From Lytechinus pictus (taxonomy: Eukaryota), in contig NC_087251.1 in assembly GCF_037042905.1 (NCBI RefSeq), forward strand, positions 7,008,001-7,072,000: a stretch of DNA of 64,000 bases. The letters run 5' to 3'. The first letter of the stretch is position 1. Every line of letters starts with the position of its first letter. A program made the position numbers and the translations under genes. Below, piece after piece: positions 12,792-23,925 of the stretch. The notes under the pieces were generated by a model. It did not search any database. It saw nothing but the letters and a program-made list of their open reading frames with translations, and was not told the origin of the DNA.

Positions 12792-13113
12792 TTAGAATAG
12801 AAAAGTTGAAATGAACAAAATGTTTAAAACTAGCGAACGGTATACTATGCAAAATTGAACCAAGAGGTGACAAAATATGAGTAAAACAGGCAAATTTCGT
12901 AGTAGTACACAAATTAGGATGTAAAAAGTAAAAAGACAATGTAATAGAACAGAATACAAAAACTGAAGAGATTGATAACAAATGTTTCGATGATAACTGT
13001 GAGTTGCAGTGTAAGTCACTGGCCTGGAAGTCATTTCACTTTATATTATAAAGTGAGTGTTCATGCTATGGTGAAAAGAGTAGAAGGATTATCATCCTTT
13101 AAGGCAAAATTAT

Positions 13114-13300
13114 TCATATAAGTTTGACAAGGTCTTCCTTTGAGTTGATTTGCTTTTTCATAGTTTTGTTGTTTGTACATCGTACAGTTACAATAATCCT
13201 CCCGTCCATGGACCAAGCTGATAATATTTTGCTCTCTGGTTTGTTGATCTCCTTAAAGGCTAAAATGATATAGTAAGACCTATCCCTTGTTGTAAGTCCC
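13114..13300 (-). pseudogene. Degraded LINE ORF1, C-terminal part
   Basis: Reads AFKEINKPESKILSAWSMDGRIIVTVRCTNNKTMKKQINSKEDLVKLI*, matching the W-x-x-D-G-[KR]-I...DL pattern at the end of CR1/L2-group ORF1 proteins. The frame is closed by a stop just upstream. Confidence 0.6.
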
Positions 13301-14565
13301 AGTTAAAAAAATAACAAATATCTATGTTTGACAAATGCATCCACATGGAATTTCAATCGTTACATCTCTATTTTATTACAGTATTAGATCAACAAATCTC
13401 TGATCATATTTCCAGTTCTAAATAGATACCTTCTCAGCAATTCAGTTGGTGTTCACAAGTGATTATTCAATCTATGGAAGGTGACTCATGCAAAGTCCAA
13501 GTAGAACTCTATATTCTTTTTAGTTAACGAACACAGCTAGTTTCTTTAAAAGTCAGTGAACTGTACTCTGAAATGACTAATTTGCTGTGTGGTTCAGATC
13601 CTCCTATGACCAAGGATATCTAGACATTTGGATTGAAGATCGTATATGAATTATAGCAGGGGTGCTCTAAAATTTCAAAATGAAATTCAAAATGAAACCG
13701 TTCTGAACTTGGGGGAAAAGCAAGTAAATTTTGAAACAATGCCTACTTTATCCGGGAATTGCCTTCTGAGGTCAAACTAAACTTTTAATCTAGAAATTTT
13801 AAGGCTGTATAATCCTGGGCTTAGAATAGATCGGATCTAAAAACTTTTAGATCTTTCCTTAACTTAAGTTTATCACATTCCAACATTGGGGACAAGTAAA
13901 CGGGGTACTCCATGCTGAAAAAAAGTATAAAAAATCAAGACTAAAATGTTTTATAAAGGATGTACCGTACTTTTTGCCCCAAGAGTCAACACTGTGTTTA
14001 GAATATGATTTGCGCGAGGTGTGGCTGTACTAAACCCAATGATGTAGGTAAAGGTAAAACCGACGAAAATACGTGTTTAGGGTGCTTTTCAAGACCCCAT
14101 GGTCGCGCATGGTATCCACTCGTCAATGGAAGTACCCCCCCCCCCCCCCCCCGGGCCCCACCTTCTATTTTCTTATGTTATTATGTGAGAAAATGTGTGT
14201 ATGATGTCTCCCATGTAATAAAAATCTTGTAGCAAGAATACCAGTTGTCCAAATTTTTTTATTTGAATAAACATAATTTTGTATAGACAGATCAAGTGAG
14301 GATATGACATCAATTTGCTAAATGTATATTCATGAAGACATCCAAAGAACTTAACACCAAAATAATGTCAAGCTTTTAAAATTGTCTTAACTTTGATTAT
14401 CTTTGTCAAAATTTAATCAAATTTTCAGTGTTTTGATTGTCATATTTTTCTGCCAGAGCCCAGAGTGTACACACCTTTCAGTTAAGAAGAAAATTCATCT
14501 TTTCCTTTTACCCTATCCAATATTATTGCATGCGCTGCAATTTGGAATTGATGAAACAAACTTAC

Positions 14566-14727
14566 ATCAGATGAATTTGAAATGAGCTCTCTAAGGAAGA
14601 TCTCCTTGTTTGAGTAGAATGTGTTGATGATGAGGCTCATCAATTGAGCAATCTCTGCCTGGAAGGCAAAGGTCTCTGCCTCTTCAGCTTCCATTGGTTC
14701 TTCTGGACGTTTGGTTTCAGTTGACAT
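14566..14727 (-). CDS. HSP90: HSP90 coding exon 1 (start codon)
   Basis: [60 protein letters not shown] donor. A pyrimidine tract plus CAG acceptor near 14759 implies an upstream non-coding exon. No signal or transit peptide, so cytosolic type. Confidence 0.97.
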
Positions 14728-15400
14728 GGTGGTTTTTTGTGATCTGTATTAAAACTGACTGCAATGAAAGAATAAAAAACTTTACCACAGATTTTTAACC
14801 TAGGCTAGACCTATGCTATAGACATAGTATGCCATGGGCAAAGATTCCGCGTACAAAACTGGAAAAAAAACCTTTAAAAGCATTTTTTGGTCACGCATGT
14901 ATACAGCAAAATATTTGACTGCCCCCCCCCCCCCCAGCATAAATATTTTAAAAAAACACTGCTTTTATTTAAAAAGTTTTAAAAGAGAATTTTCATTTTG
15001 AAAAAAATGTCCCCAGACATGCCAGACAAGGAGCAAAATTTTGATGAAATTGAAACAGATCTAGATTCTAGGTCTGGCTTTAGAAATTAGAGATTAGATC
15101 TATCAAAAGTTGATCAGACTAGTAAGAGTAAGACTAGGCTAGTTGAAACCATGATCAAGAATCATATCTAGACAATAAAGACACAATAAATCTCACCACT
15201 CTTCAGATCTTAAATCAAATTTAGACAAACTTTGTCACAAAGCGTTTCACAATATCCAGACCAGATTCATTCAACTTCAATTCAACTCCCAGTCAAGCCT
15301 GCCCTTGTAAACCCGATCCAAACTTCACTTGTCTGACTTAGTCAATTGAGTTGAATAAGGAAATAATGTAGAATAAACTTAGAATTCAGGTAGAAAGATC

Positions 15401-15407
15401 TTATATA
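15401..15407 (-). promoter_or_regulatory. TATA box candidate for HSP90
   Basis: TATATAA on the minus strand, 20 bp downstream of the HSE array. Confidence 0.55.
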
Positions 15408-15417
15408 CCTAACTTAC

Positions 15418-15520
15418 CTCTTCAAATTCTCGAAAATTCTCTTCTAGAAGATTCGTCAGGAGCAGGACAAGTCAAGACAGTCTACGGCACCGAAACACTC
15501 TCGCGTGATTAATGAATGAA
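15418..15520 (-). other. Candidate non-coding first exon of HSP90
   Basis: Consensus donor GAG|GTAAGT at 15418/15417, Inr-like TCATT repeats near 15510-15520, CpG-richer surroundings. Confidence 0.5.
15427..15454. promoter_or_regulatory. Heat-shock element array (six nGAAn units)
   Basis: TTC-tc-GAA-aa-TTC-tc-TTC-ta-GAA-ga-TTC: two perfect three-unit HSEs in 5-bp register, ~700 bp upstream of the HSP90 ATG. Confidence 0.85.
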
Positions 15521-16966
15521 TGGATATGAACATGTGCGACCGATCCGACACACAATATGGCGAGGCGGCGCCGAGGATGCATATGGGAATTGCATTCTGC
15601 ATGCACTGGCGCGGGGATGAATTGATATTAATCCGCGGCCATTCAATTCCAATATTTTAGGCTTATGAAGTCAAAAATTGTATTTTAACTAATTTTTCAA
15701 GAACATAGATAAAATCGTACTCAATTTTACTCAAATTTTTAATTTCTGGTTTTATTTTTTTATATTTCCTTTGAGAACTATATGTTCATTATCAGATGTG
15801 CTTCGGTTTTTCTAGCATATTCGACACCGGATGCGGATATAGGGTTTTCCAATACTTTAATTGAGGGTAAATATTTAATCAAGTCAAATTATTGTCGTGT
15901 AATTTGATTTTTATTCTTGCAAAATAAAAATAAAAAAGCGATGATGAACTAGTTATTATATATTTTACTACTAGCAACACCAATAAAGTATCCATAAAAA
16001 TGTAAAGAATACAAAAGTATCATGTACTGCTTACCGATCGAAAAATGTTTTCGTCCAAATAAAGCGGTAAAATTCACCAATCAGATTCAATTTGAATATT
16101 CATCGATTTAAATGCCCGATTGTATGCACGATCTTTGTAAAAAAGCGGCATTTTATCACGATATTTTTTTTGGGGGGTAGGGTAGATGTATTTATCGATT
16201 TCCAACAATTGCACAAATTGGTGCTATAATGTTCACCAAACCAATCATAAATAGTTCTAGTATGATCCATGGTTTATTCTCTATCGCTAATGTATCTGCG
16301 CATCAAACTTTGATTGTGCAAGCACAGCTACAGAAAGGAAAATGTAATTGAATCTTCCACATGTTGGCAACAAATCGCATCGGTGTGTATCATAACAGAA
16401 AAACAGATAAATTTTGAAAATTAATCAGAATTGAGGAAGAGCACATTTTAAGTTATATATGGTTTATGGCAAAAATACTTTAACTCGCTCAGATAACCGA
16501 GAAATCAGGAAAATGAATAAGCTGTTTCTATATAGACTAGTTCCTCACACTTTTCTAGTCCCACCTCATTTTTTAATTTTTTTGCTGAAGAAATATAGAT
16601 TCAGACCACTTTAGTGTGTGTGTTTCCATATTCAAATCAATGCAATTTAAAAAAAATTTAATTTTCCTTGGACGTTCCAAGCACTTTTTGTAATTATGAA
16701 CTGGATGGCTATTTAATCAAACAATTGATGCGAGTGCGTAGCACGAGCTGAAAAGTTTTTGATATATGAAAACTATGAATACGCAGGATGTGTATTAACG
16801 ATTAATGAAAACTCTAATAAATATTGACTTGAACATTGGATGTGAACAAGTTATCTACTTATCTTTTTGGGGGGGGCAACTCACAGGGGGGAAATGCCCC
16901 CCGTGCCTCCCGCCTTGGTGCCGCCACTGGTCTGGAGCGGAGCCCCCGGAACCTCGCGATATTTAA

Positions 16967-17550
16967 AGGAGAATGAAACCCTTGAAACCAGCTGAATCCA
17001 TATCAAAGAGAAAAATCAAAGAAACATATTGTTGAAAGTTTGAGGAAGATTGAATGAATAATAAGAAAGTTATGAGCATTTGAATATTGAGATCACTAAT
17101 GCCATGTAGTTCCTCCCATTGGCAATGCGACCAAGATCTGTGATGTCACACACGTACAACTCCCTCATTACTTTAGTACTTATTTCACTTATATTCTCAC
17201 TTTTATAGAGTCTATCACAAGGTGAGGTGTTCTCTTTATGAGAGGACAAGTACAGAGGTTTCACAACATTATATCATTGATGAATCGTTTGTCATATGAT
17301 TAGAATGAGCAAAAAGAGATGTTTTGGGCTATATTTTCAGTGTCCAAAAGGGGAGAGTTGTTCATCTGTGACATCATAGATCTTGGTCGTATTGCCAATG
17401 GGAGGATCTCCATAGCATTAGTGATCTCGACATTCAAATGCTCATAACTCTTCTATTGCTAGTCCTATTTTACTCAAAATTTTGTTGATCTTATTCTCTG
17501 ATTTTTCTGCTTTCACAAAAGCTAACTTGCTCCAAGAGTTTCATTCTCCT
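16967..17550. mobile_element. Kolobok/T2-type MITE (584 bp), copy 1
   Basis: TTAA|AGGAGAATGAAAC...GTTTCATTCTCCT|TTAA with long imperfect subterminal inverted repeats. Confidence 0.85.
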
Positions 17551-18978
17551 TTAATAAAATCGCAAATGACCACTTTTTTATCAAATCGCTGATAATGAAC
17601 GAAATATTTTTAGGCAGCACAACATAGCAAATATGGAAAAATTTGTAAAGTCTCCAGCGAGCGAATCGAGCCAGAAAAATTTGGTCTTTTAATATGATTT
17701 TATTCTAGTAGCTTTGGAAATTTACCCAAAGTGAACATTAATTTTAAGGCTTTTACGGTAAATCTAGCCAGCGCAAAGCCCCGCGGAAAGCTTTACTTAG
17801 GTTAGGATAGAGGGATATAACTAGCCCTTGGCTAACCCTTGGCTAAAGATTTTTTTTGTCCTGATTGCGACCATTAATTATTGCATATAATTTAGCAAGC
17901 TTATTTTAGATGCCATCCACATTTCTTCCCGTTCTATATATTTTTCAATTCTCGGCAGCTCGGTCGGGTTATTAAGTTTTTCTCTTTTTTTCTTGTCCCT
18001 TTTCTTCTGATTTTCGGATCTACCTTCATTTCCTGTTTCTTTTTGCCTCTTTCTCCCATTTTCCCGTCACATGTTCTTCTTTCGTTCCTTATCCCGCTTT
18101 CCTTCCATTTTCCCTATTTATTTCCTTGCCCTTTCTTTTCATTTTTTTCCCTTCTTCCTTTTCCTCTTTCCTTTCTTTGTTTCCCTTTCTCTCTTCCTCC
18201 CTTTTCTCCTTTTCCCGTTAAAAAAAAAAATTCCCGGTGAAATCCGCCAGGGGGCAGCTTGCCCCCTGCCCCCCGCCTGTTACGCCACTGTTGAGCCGCA
18301 ATTTCGCGAAGGGGGCCTACGATTTTTTTTACCAGCTTCCTGAGTTTATATAAAAATCCGTAAAACGGCTTTTTTTCGACACACCGTGCGGACACCGGAG
18401 GAGACATGCGACTGAGTCTATTATCTTCTTGTGATATTTGTTATTGGTATGTATGGTTGTTTTATATAGGCATATAATACAGTAGACATAAAAACAAACA
18501 TGCTATAACATAGCCTATGTTATACAATTGTTTATGTATATTGTTATCATTATGTCAGACCCCATCCCATGATTGAACACAGATTTATATTATATCAGCT
18601 CTCACGGGCCATCCAACCATATCATATAGGCCTACACTATCATGGACATGGTTGTTGTTTGTGAGTTATTGTTTATGTTATATTGTGTTTTTATAATTTC
18701 GGAAATAAAACAAACAAAACCTTAGGATACGATAGCTACAGATATTATGCGTGATATAAATATTTAAAAAAAGACCAAGAACTTAAATTCTTTTAATAAC
18801 CATATTTATAGCATCTATCAGCATTAAAATTACTTCCCGGTTCTGAAATAAAATTCTGATAGATTTTCCTGACTAGATCTTAGTCAATCTTATTTTTTTA
18901 TACAGTGGATCCACTAAAAAGCAATGTGCAATTCATGTGCTGACCTTGCTTTGACATTGGGTATTTCCACATGACGCG

Positions 18979-19268
18979 TATGGCAAGCCGTTTGTGTAAA
19001 AATTAGATAAACTCTGTTTTTCTCAAATAACTGTTCTTTTCAGAAAAACTCAGTTTATCTCAGATAAACACAGTTTTTCTCAAGAAGAACTAAGTTCTTC
19101 TTGAAAAACTAAGTTTATCAGTTGATAAACTTAGTTTATCAGTTGATAAACTCAGTTTATCTGTGAAAAACTGTGTTATATCAGTTGATAAACACAGTTT
19201 TTCAGATAAACTCGGTTTATCTGAGAAAAAAAGAGTTTATATAGTTTTTACACAAACGGTTTGCCATA
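18979..19268. mobile_element. Palindromic MITE with IS3EU-like ends
   Basis: TATGGCAA...TTGCCATA termini, 6-bp direct repeat GACGCG on both sides, internal ~21-bp repeats (ATAAACnCAGTTT). Confidence 0.65.
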
Positions 19269-20661
19269 GACGCGGGAATCCCAGCTGGGATTCCCCACAG
19301 TGCAAGTGGCGAACATTAAACTTGCGACATGACATTGTACGCATATTAATGTGGTCTCACAAAGGACCTACATCTTGCAAAAACTGTACCATATTGGGAT
19401 TTAAATATTATTGTGCGTGTAGCTGTTCATGGCGTACGTGAGTATTGCAATGTGTGTATGTTCCAGTTTCACTGATTCATGTAGGCCTATTTTCTATATC
19501 CCAGATCATTTTGAACTTGAAAGAAGACAACCAGTGCGTTTATAATCTTCGACTTCATCATCTTGAAGCATCACTTCGGGCAGCACTTACTCTGGAAGAA
19601 TTAGAATAACCATCGTGATAAAATGTTGCTAATGCCCTTTGGCTTTGGTCACAATTTATTTTAGTGTATACTATCAGTACTATTGCGATAAGAAGATTCT
19701 AGGCCTATAAAGCCAGGGGCGTAACAATGGTCGGTGGCCAGGGGGGGGGGGGGGGGAGGGGGGCAAGAGCCAAAAATTTCCCGGTCATATCATGGTATGT
19801 ACAGGATTTTTTTTTATTGTACCCCGAGTATTAGGGCGAAGCTCAACGTGTGATAAGTACAAATAGAGGGAGCACAGCATGGCACGTGCACGAGCGAGAA
19901 AAAAAATTACCTTCTATGAGACGAGAGTCTAACTTTAGTTTGAGATTGATTTTGATATGGTATTCAGAAAATAACATCATGTCTTACATCTTCCTTTCAT
20001 TTCCTTTCATCTTTTCTTTTTTGTTCTCGGTTGTAGAACTTTTTGGGCAGTACTATACTTTCCCGGTGAAATCCACCAAGGGGGGCAGCTTGCCCCCCGC
20101 CTGTTACGCCACTGTATATTTTATTCATTTCTTTTATTGAAATGAAATTTTAATTTGTTCGTACTGAAATATTGATAATTATTTCTACACAGTAACTTTT
20201 TGAATTAATGTTATACTAAATGCTTTTATATTGGAATGAAATTTTTGAATTGTTTGAATGAAATATTGATTACACACATCTAATATAAACCTTTTTGGAG
20301 GCAATACAGTAATTTTTAGGAATTGATATATCAATTATACTACATGCATATTATTGGAATGAAATTTTAAATTGGTAGTAATGAAATATTAATTATACAC
20401 ATTTAAAAACCTTTTTGGAGGCAATACAGTAACTTTTTGAATAACTGCATTTATTATTGAAGTGAAAATTTTTGAATTGTATGAAATGAAATATTGATTA
20501 CACACATGTAATTTAAATCTTTTTGGAGACAATACAATAATTTTAGGAATTCATTATGTTAATACTTCATGCTTTTATTGGAATGAAATTTCGAAATGCT
20601 AAACTGCTTGTAATGAAATATTGAATACACACATCTAATTTAATTCTTTTTGATGACAAAA

Positions 20662-22793
20662 CGGCTCGGTGTAAAAATGGCAGAGGTAAAAATGGCAGAG
20701 GTAATAATGGCAGAGGTAAAAATGGCAGAGGTAAAAATGGCAGAGGTAAAAATGGCAGAGGTAAAAATGGCAGAGGTAATAATGGCAGAGGTAAAATGGC
20801 AGGGGTTATAATGGGAGAGGTAAAAATGACAGCTCTATGTAAAATATGGCCAGTCTTAAACCCCCATGCAATGAATTGTCAAAAAGCCCCCGCATGTACA
20901 TACATTAAATAAGAAGTGCATGTCACGGTTAGGCATTTCATCATCATTATGTCTTCATCGGCCTAACAATGCTATTTACGAATTCGTTGGAGGTGTACCG
21001 TGAACGCTTTTTAAAAAGAAATCAAACGACAGATATTTTTTCATTCAATTTATCAGGAGCAAAATGAAACTGCACTATTCTCATTCATCATTTTATAACA
21101 TTCCTTTTTGTCTGGCTGGTTTATTTATATCTAAAGTTTGCCAGGTTTACCGATGCAAAAAGGAGGAAGAGTAGACATAAGAGAGGTGGAGAGACAGAGA
21201 TGGTTAGGGGCGGGGAAAACATAGAGAACATAGCGGGGAAAGCTTAGACGTTGAAATTTTCACGAATGACTGTCGTTAAATATTATGTCCTTATTTGTAA
21301 TGTCGTCTGTACTATTCTTTTTAAATAATTGAATGACAATAAGCATGCGTTCCCAGGCTTGGCACTGAATATGTAACTGATTATGAAAATCAATAATAAT
21401 CTTGTTTTGACTGGTAAACCAATTTGGGGTCGATCGAGGGGGACCGTCTGGTTCAGATTCTTTGCATAAAAGAAGACCCTGAACCTTTACCACTGCATCC
21501 AATATGATATAAACGTCTTGATGGTCATAACCCTTGGAAGCGGAAGTACTGTTGGGTATTTTGTACACCATAAGCAGCACCCTCTTGGTAATTAGCTTGG
21601 TATGCTAAAATGTAGACATTTTATACAAATACTCTGTTATTTTTCAAACAGAAGAAAAAACATTGTTTATTATCTAATTGTTATTATTTTTGTTGTAATT
21701 CTTTTTCTGACCTAAAAGAACTTCATTTAGTTGAAATAATTTTTTGTGTCATTTTCCCCCTTAACCAAATTTTTGGAGTGAAAACTTTTTTTTCTCGGCT
21801 TTTTAAAGGTCAAGTCCACCCCAGAAAATTGTTGATTTGAATCGATAGAGAAAAATCAAACAAACATAACGCTGCAAATTTCATCGAAATCGGATGTAAA
21901 ATAAGAAAGTTATGACATTTTTAAGTTTCGCTTATTTTTCACAAAATAGTTAAATGCGCAACTCAGCGATATGCAAATGAGAGAGTCGATGATGTTCATC
22001 ACTCACTATTTCTTTTGTTTTTTATTGTTTGAATAATACAATATCTCAAATTTTACAGATTTGACAATAAGGACCAACTTAACTTAACCATAAACTGTTA
22101 AAATAATGGTAATTGCACATGTTCAGGGAGAAAATAAACTTTCTTTCACTTGACAAGGAGGAGAAAATTATAATATTTCATATTTCATATAATAAAATAC
22201 AAAAGAAATAGTGAGTGGGTGACGTCATCAGTCTGCCAATTTGCACACCGACCAGGATGTGCATATAACTGTTTTGTGAAATTAAGCGAAACTTTAAAAT
22301 GTCATAACTTTCTTATTTTACACCCGATTTTGATGAGATTTTCAGCGTTTTGCTTGTTGGATTTTTCTCCTTTTTTTCAAATCAACTTTTTGTTGGGGTG
22401 GACTTGTCCTTTAACAAACCAGCACCCAATTTTTCACTAACTTTTCAAAAGTTAGTGGTGCTCACTCAAGCGGAAATATTTTTCGACAGTTATATCGTCA
22501 TTTGCTTAAATGGATCTGTACCAATGTTAAAATGTGGAAAAATCTTCAGGATTTTACATGCGGGGGCTTTTTGACAATTCATTGCATGGGGGTTTAAGAC
22601 TGGCCATATTTTACCTAGAGCTGTCATTTTTACCTCTCCCATTATATAACCCCTGCCATTTTACCTCTGCCATTATTACCTCTGCCATTGTTACCTCTGC
22701 CATTGTTACCTCTGCCATTTTTACCTCTGCCATTTTTACCTCTGCCATTTTTACCTCTGCCATTATTACCTCTGCCATTTTTACCTGGCACCG
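20662..22793. mobile_element. Foldback-type non-autonomous DNA transposon with ~235-bp TIRs made of 15-bp repeats
   Basis: (GGTAAAAATGGCAGA)n on the left, (TCTGCCATTTTTACC)n on the right, CGG...CCG termini, 6-bp direct repeat ACAAAA (20656-20661, 22794-22799). Confidence 0.85.
21807..22410. mobile_element. Kolobok/T2-type MITE (second family) nested in the foldback element
   Basis: TTAA|AGGTCAAGTCCACCCCA...TGGGGTGGACTTGTCCT|TTAA. Same family as 61800-63823. Confidence 0.85.
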
Positions 22794-23341
22794 ACAAAAC
22801 AGTGTAGCTTTTAGGATTTAATATGTCAATACTTCATTTTTTTATTGGAATGAAATTTTAAACTGTAATGAAATGTTAATAACACACATGTATTTTAAAC
22901 CCATTTAGAACTTTTTTTAGTAACGTTTTGGAATTAATGTTAATACTTCACGCTTTTAATTATTGGAATGAATTTTTTAAAATATATTAATTACTAGATA
23001 TAGTAACTCTTTAAATTAAGGTGTTACAGTAATACTACATGTATTTTTATTGGAATAAAATTATAAATTGCAATTAATTAATTATTTAATTAGTTATTTT
23101 CTACTGAATTTCAAGTATTGTCATCTTGTGTCTAATGGAGGCTTTATATATGTTATTTGTTTGTAGCCTTTATGTAAACGGGTATTCACTTTCACTATAT
23201 ATAATTCTTATAAATGTATTAATTGTTTTATATGTTTATGGTATTTTGATGTTAATTGACTTGAAGTTTTGAACAAAACAAATTTCCGATATGGATAAAT
23301 AAAGACGAACTTGAACTTGAACTTGAACTACCAAATTTTAA

Positions 23342-23925
23342 AGGAGAATGAAACTCTTGGAGCAAGTTAGCTTTTGTGAAAGCAGAAAAATCAGAGAATA
23401 AGATCAACAAAATTTTGAGTAAAATAGGACTAGCAATAGAAGAGTTATGAGCATTTGAATGTCGAGATCACTAATGCTATGGAGATCCTCCCATTGGCAA
23501 TACGACCAAGATCTATGATGTCACAGATGAACAACTCTCCCCTTTTGGACACTGAAAATATAGCCCAAAACATCTCTTTTTGCTCATTCTAATCATATGA
23601 CAAACGATTCATCAATGATATAATGTTGTGAAACCTCTGTACTTGTCCTCTCATAAAGAGAACACCTCACCTTGTGATAGACTCTATAAAAGTGAGAATA
23701 TAAGTGAAATAAGTACTAAAGTAATGAGGGAGTTGTACGTGTGTGACATCACAGATCTTGGTCGCATTGCCAATGGGAGGAACTACATGGCATTAGTGAT
23801 CTCAATATTCAAATGCTCATAACTTTCTTATTATTCATTCAATCTTCCTCAAACTTTCAACAATATGTTTCTTTGATTTTTCTCTTTGATATGGATTCAG
23901 CTGGTTTCAAGGGTTTCATTCTCCT
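23342..23925. mobile_element. Kolobok/T2-type MITE (584 bp), copy 2, inverted relative to 16967-17550
   Basis: Same length and TTAA flanks. Reverse complement of copy 1; the ORF track gives the identical 64-aa peptide on opposite strands. Confidence 0.88.

Larger units (their letters stand above)
9381..13300 (-). mobile_element. Near full-length non-LTR retrotransposon (CR1/L2 group, Crack/Daphne-like), same strand as HSP90
   Basis: ORF1 C-terminal remnant, intact ORF2, and a 3' UTR ending in AATAAA (9400-9395) plus a (TGAAT)n tail at ~9381. 5' boundary uncertain and may lie further right. Confidence 0.85.
20115..23070. repeat. Degenerate ~120-bp AT-rich tandem repeat interrupted by the 20662-22793 element
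   Basis: Recurring TTATTGGAATGAAATTTT...ATGAAATATTGATTACACACAT...TTTTGGAGGCAATACAGTAA on both sides of the insertion. Confidence 0.7.

Noticed and set aside
12789..12812. Strong-looking acceptor (pyrimidine tract plus AAG) at the very start of LINE ORF2
   Set aside because: Splicing from the phase-0 HSP90 donor at 14566 would be out of frame with ORF2, so it cannot produce a fusion protein.
17070..17264. Identical 64-aa ORFs at 17070-17264 (-) and 23628-23822 (+)
   Set aside because: Both lie inside duplicated MITEs, start at a non-ATG codon and have no recognisable motif.
20670..20800. Regular short direct repeats resembling a CRISPR array; TSAI(F/V/I) repeat ORF at 22534-22821
   Set aside because: There are no unique spacers. 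These are tandem 15-mers forming transposon TIRs, and the ORF is a by-product.
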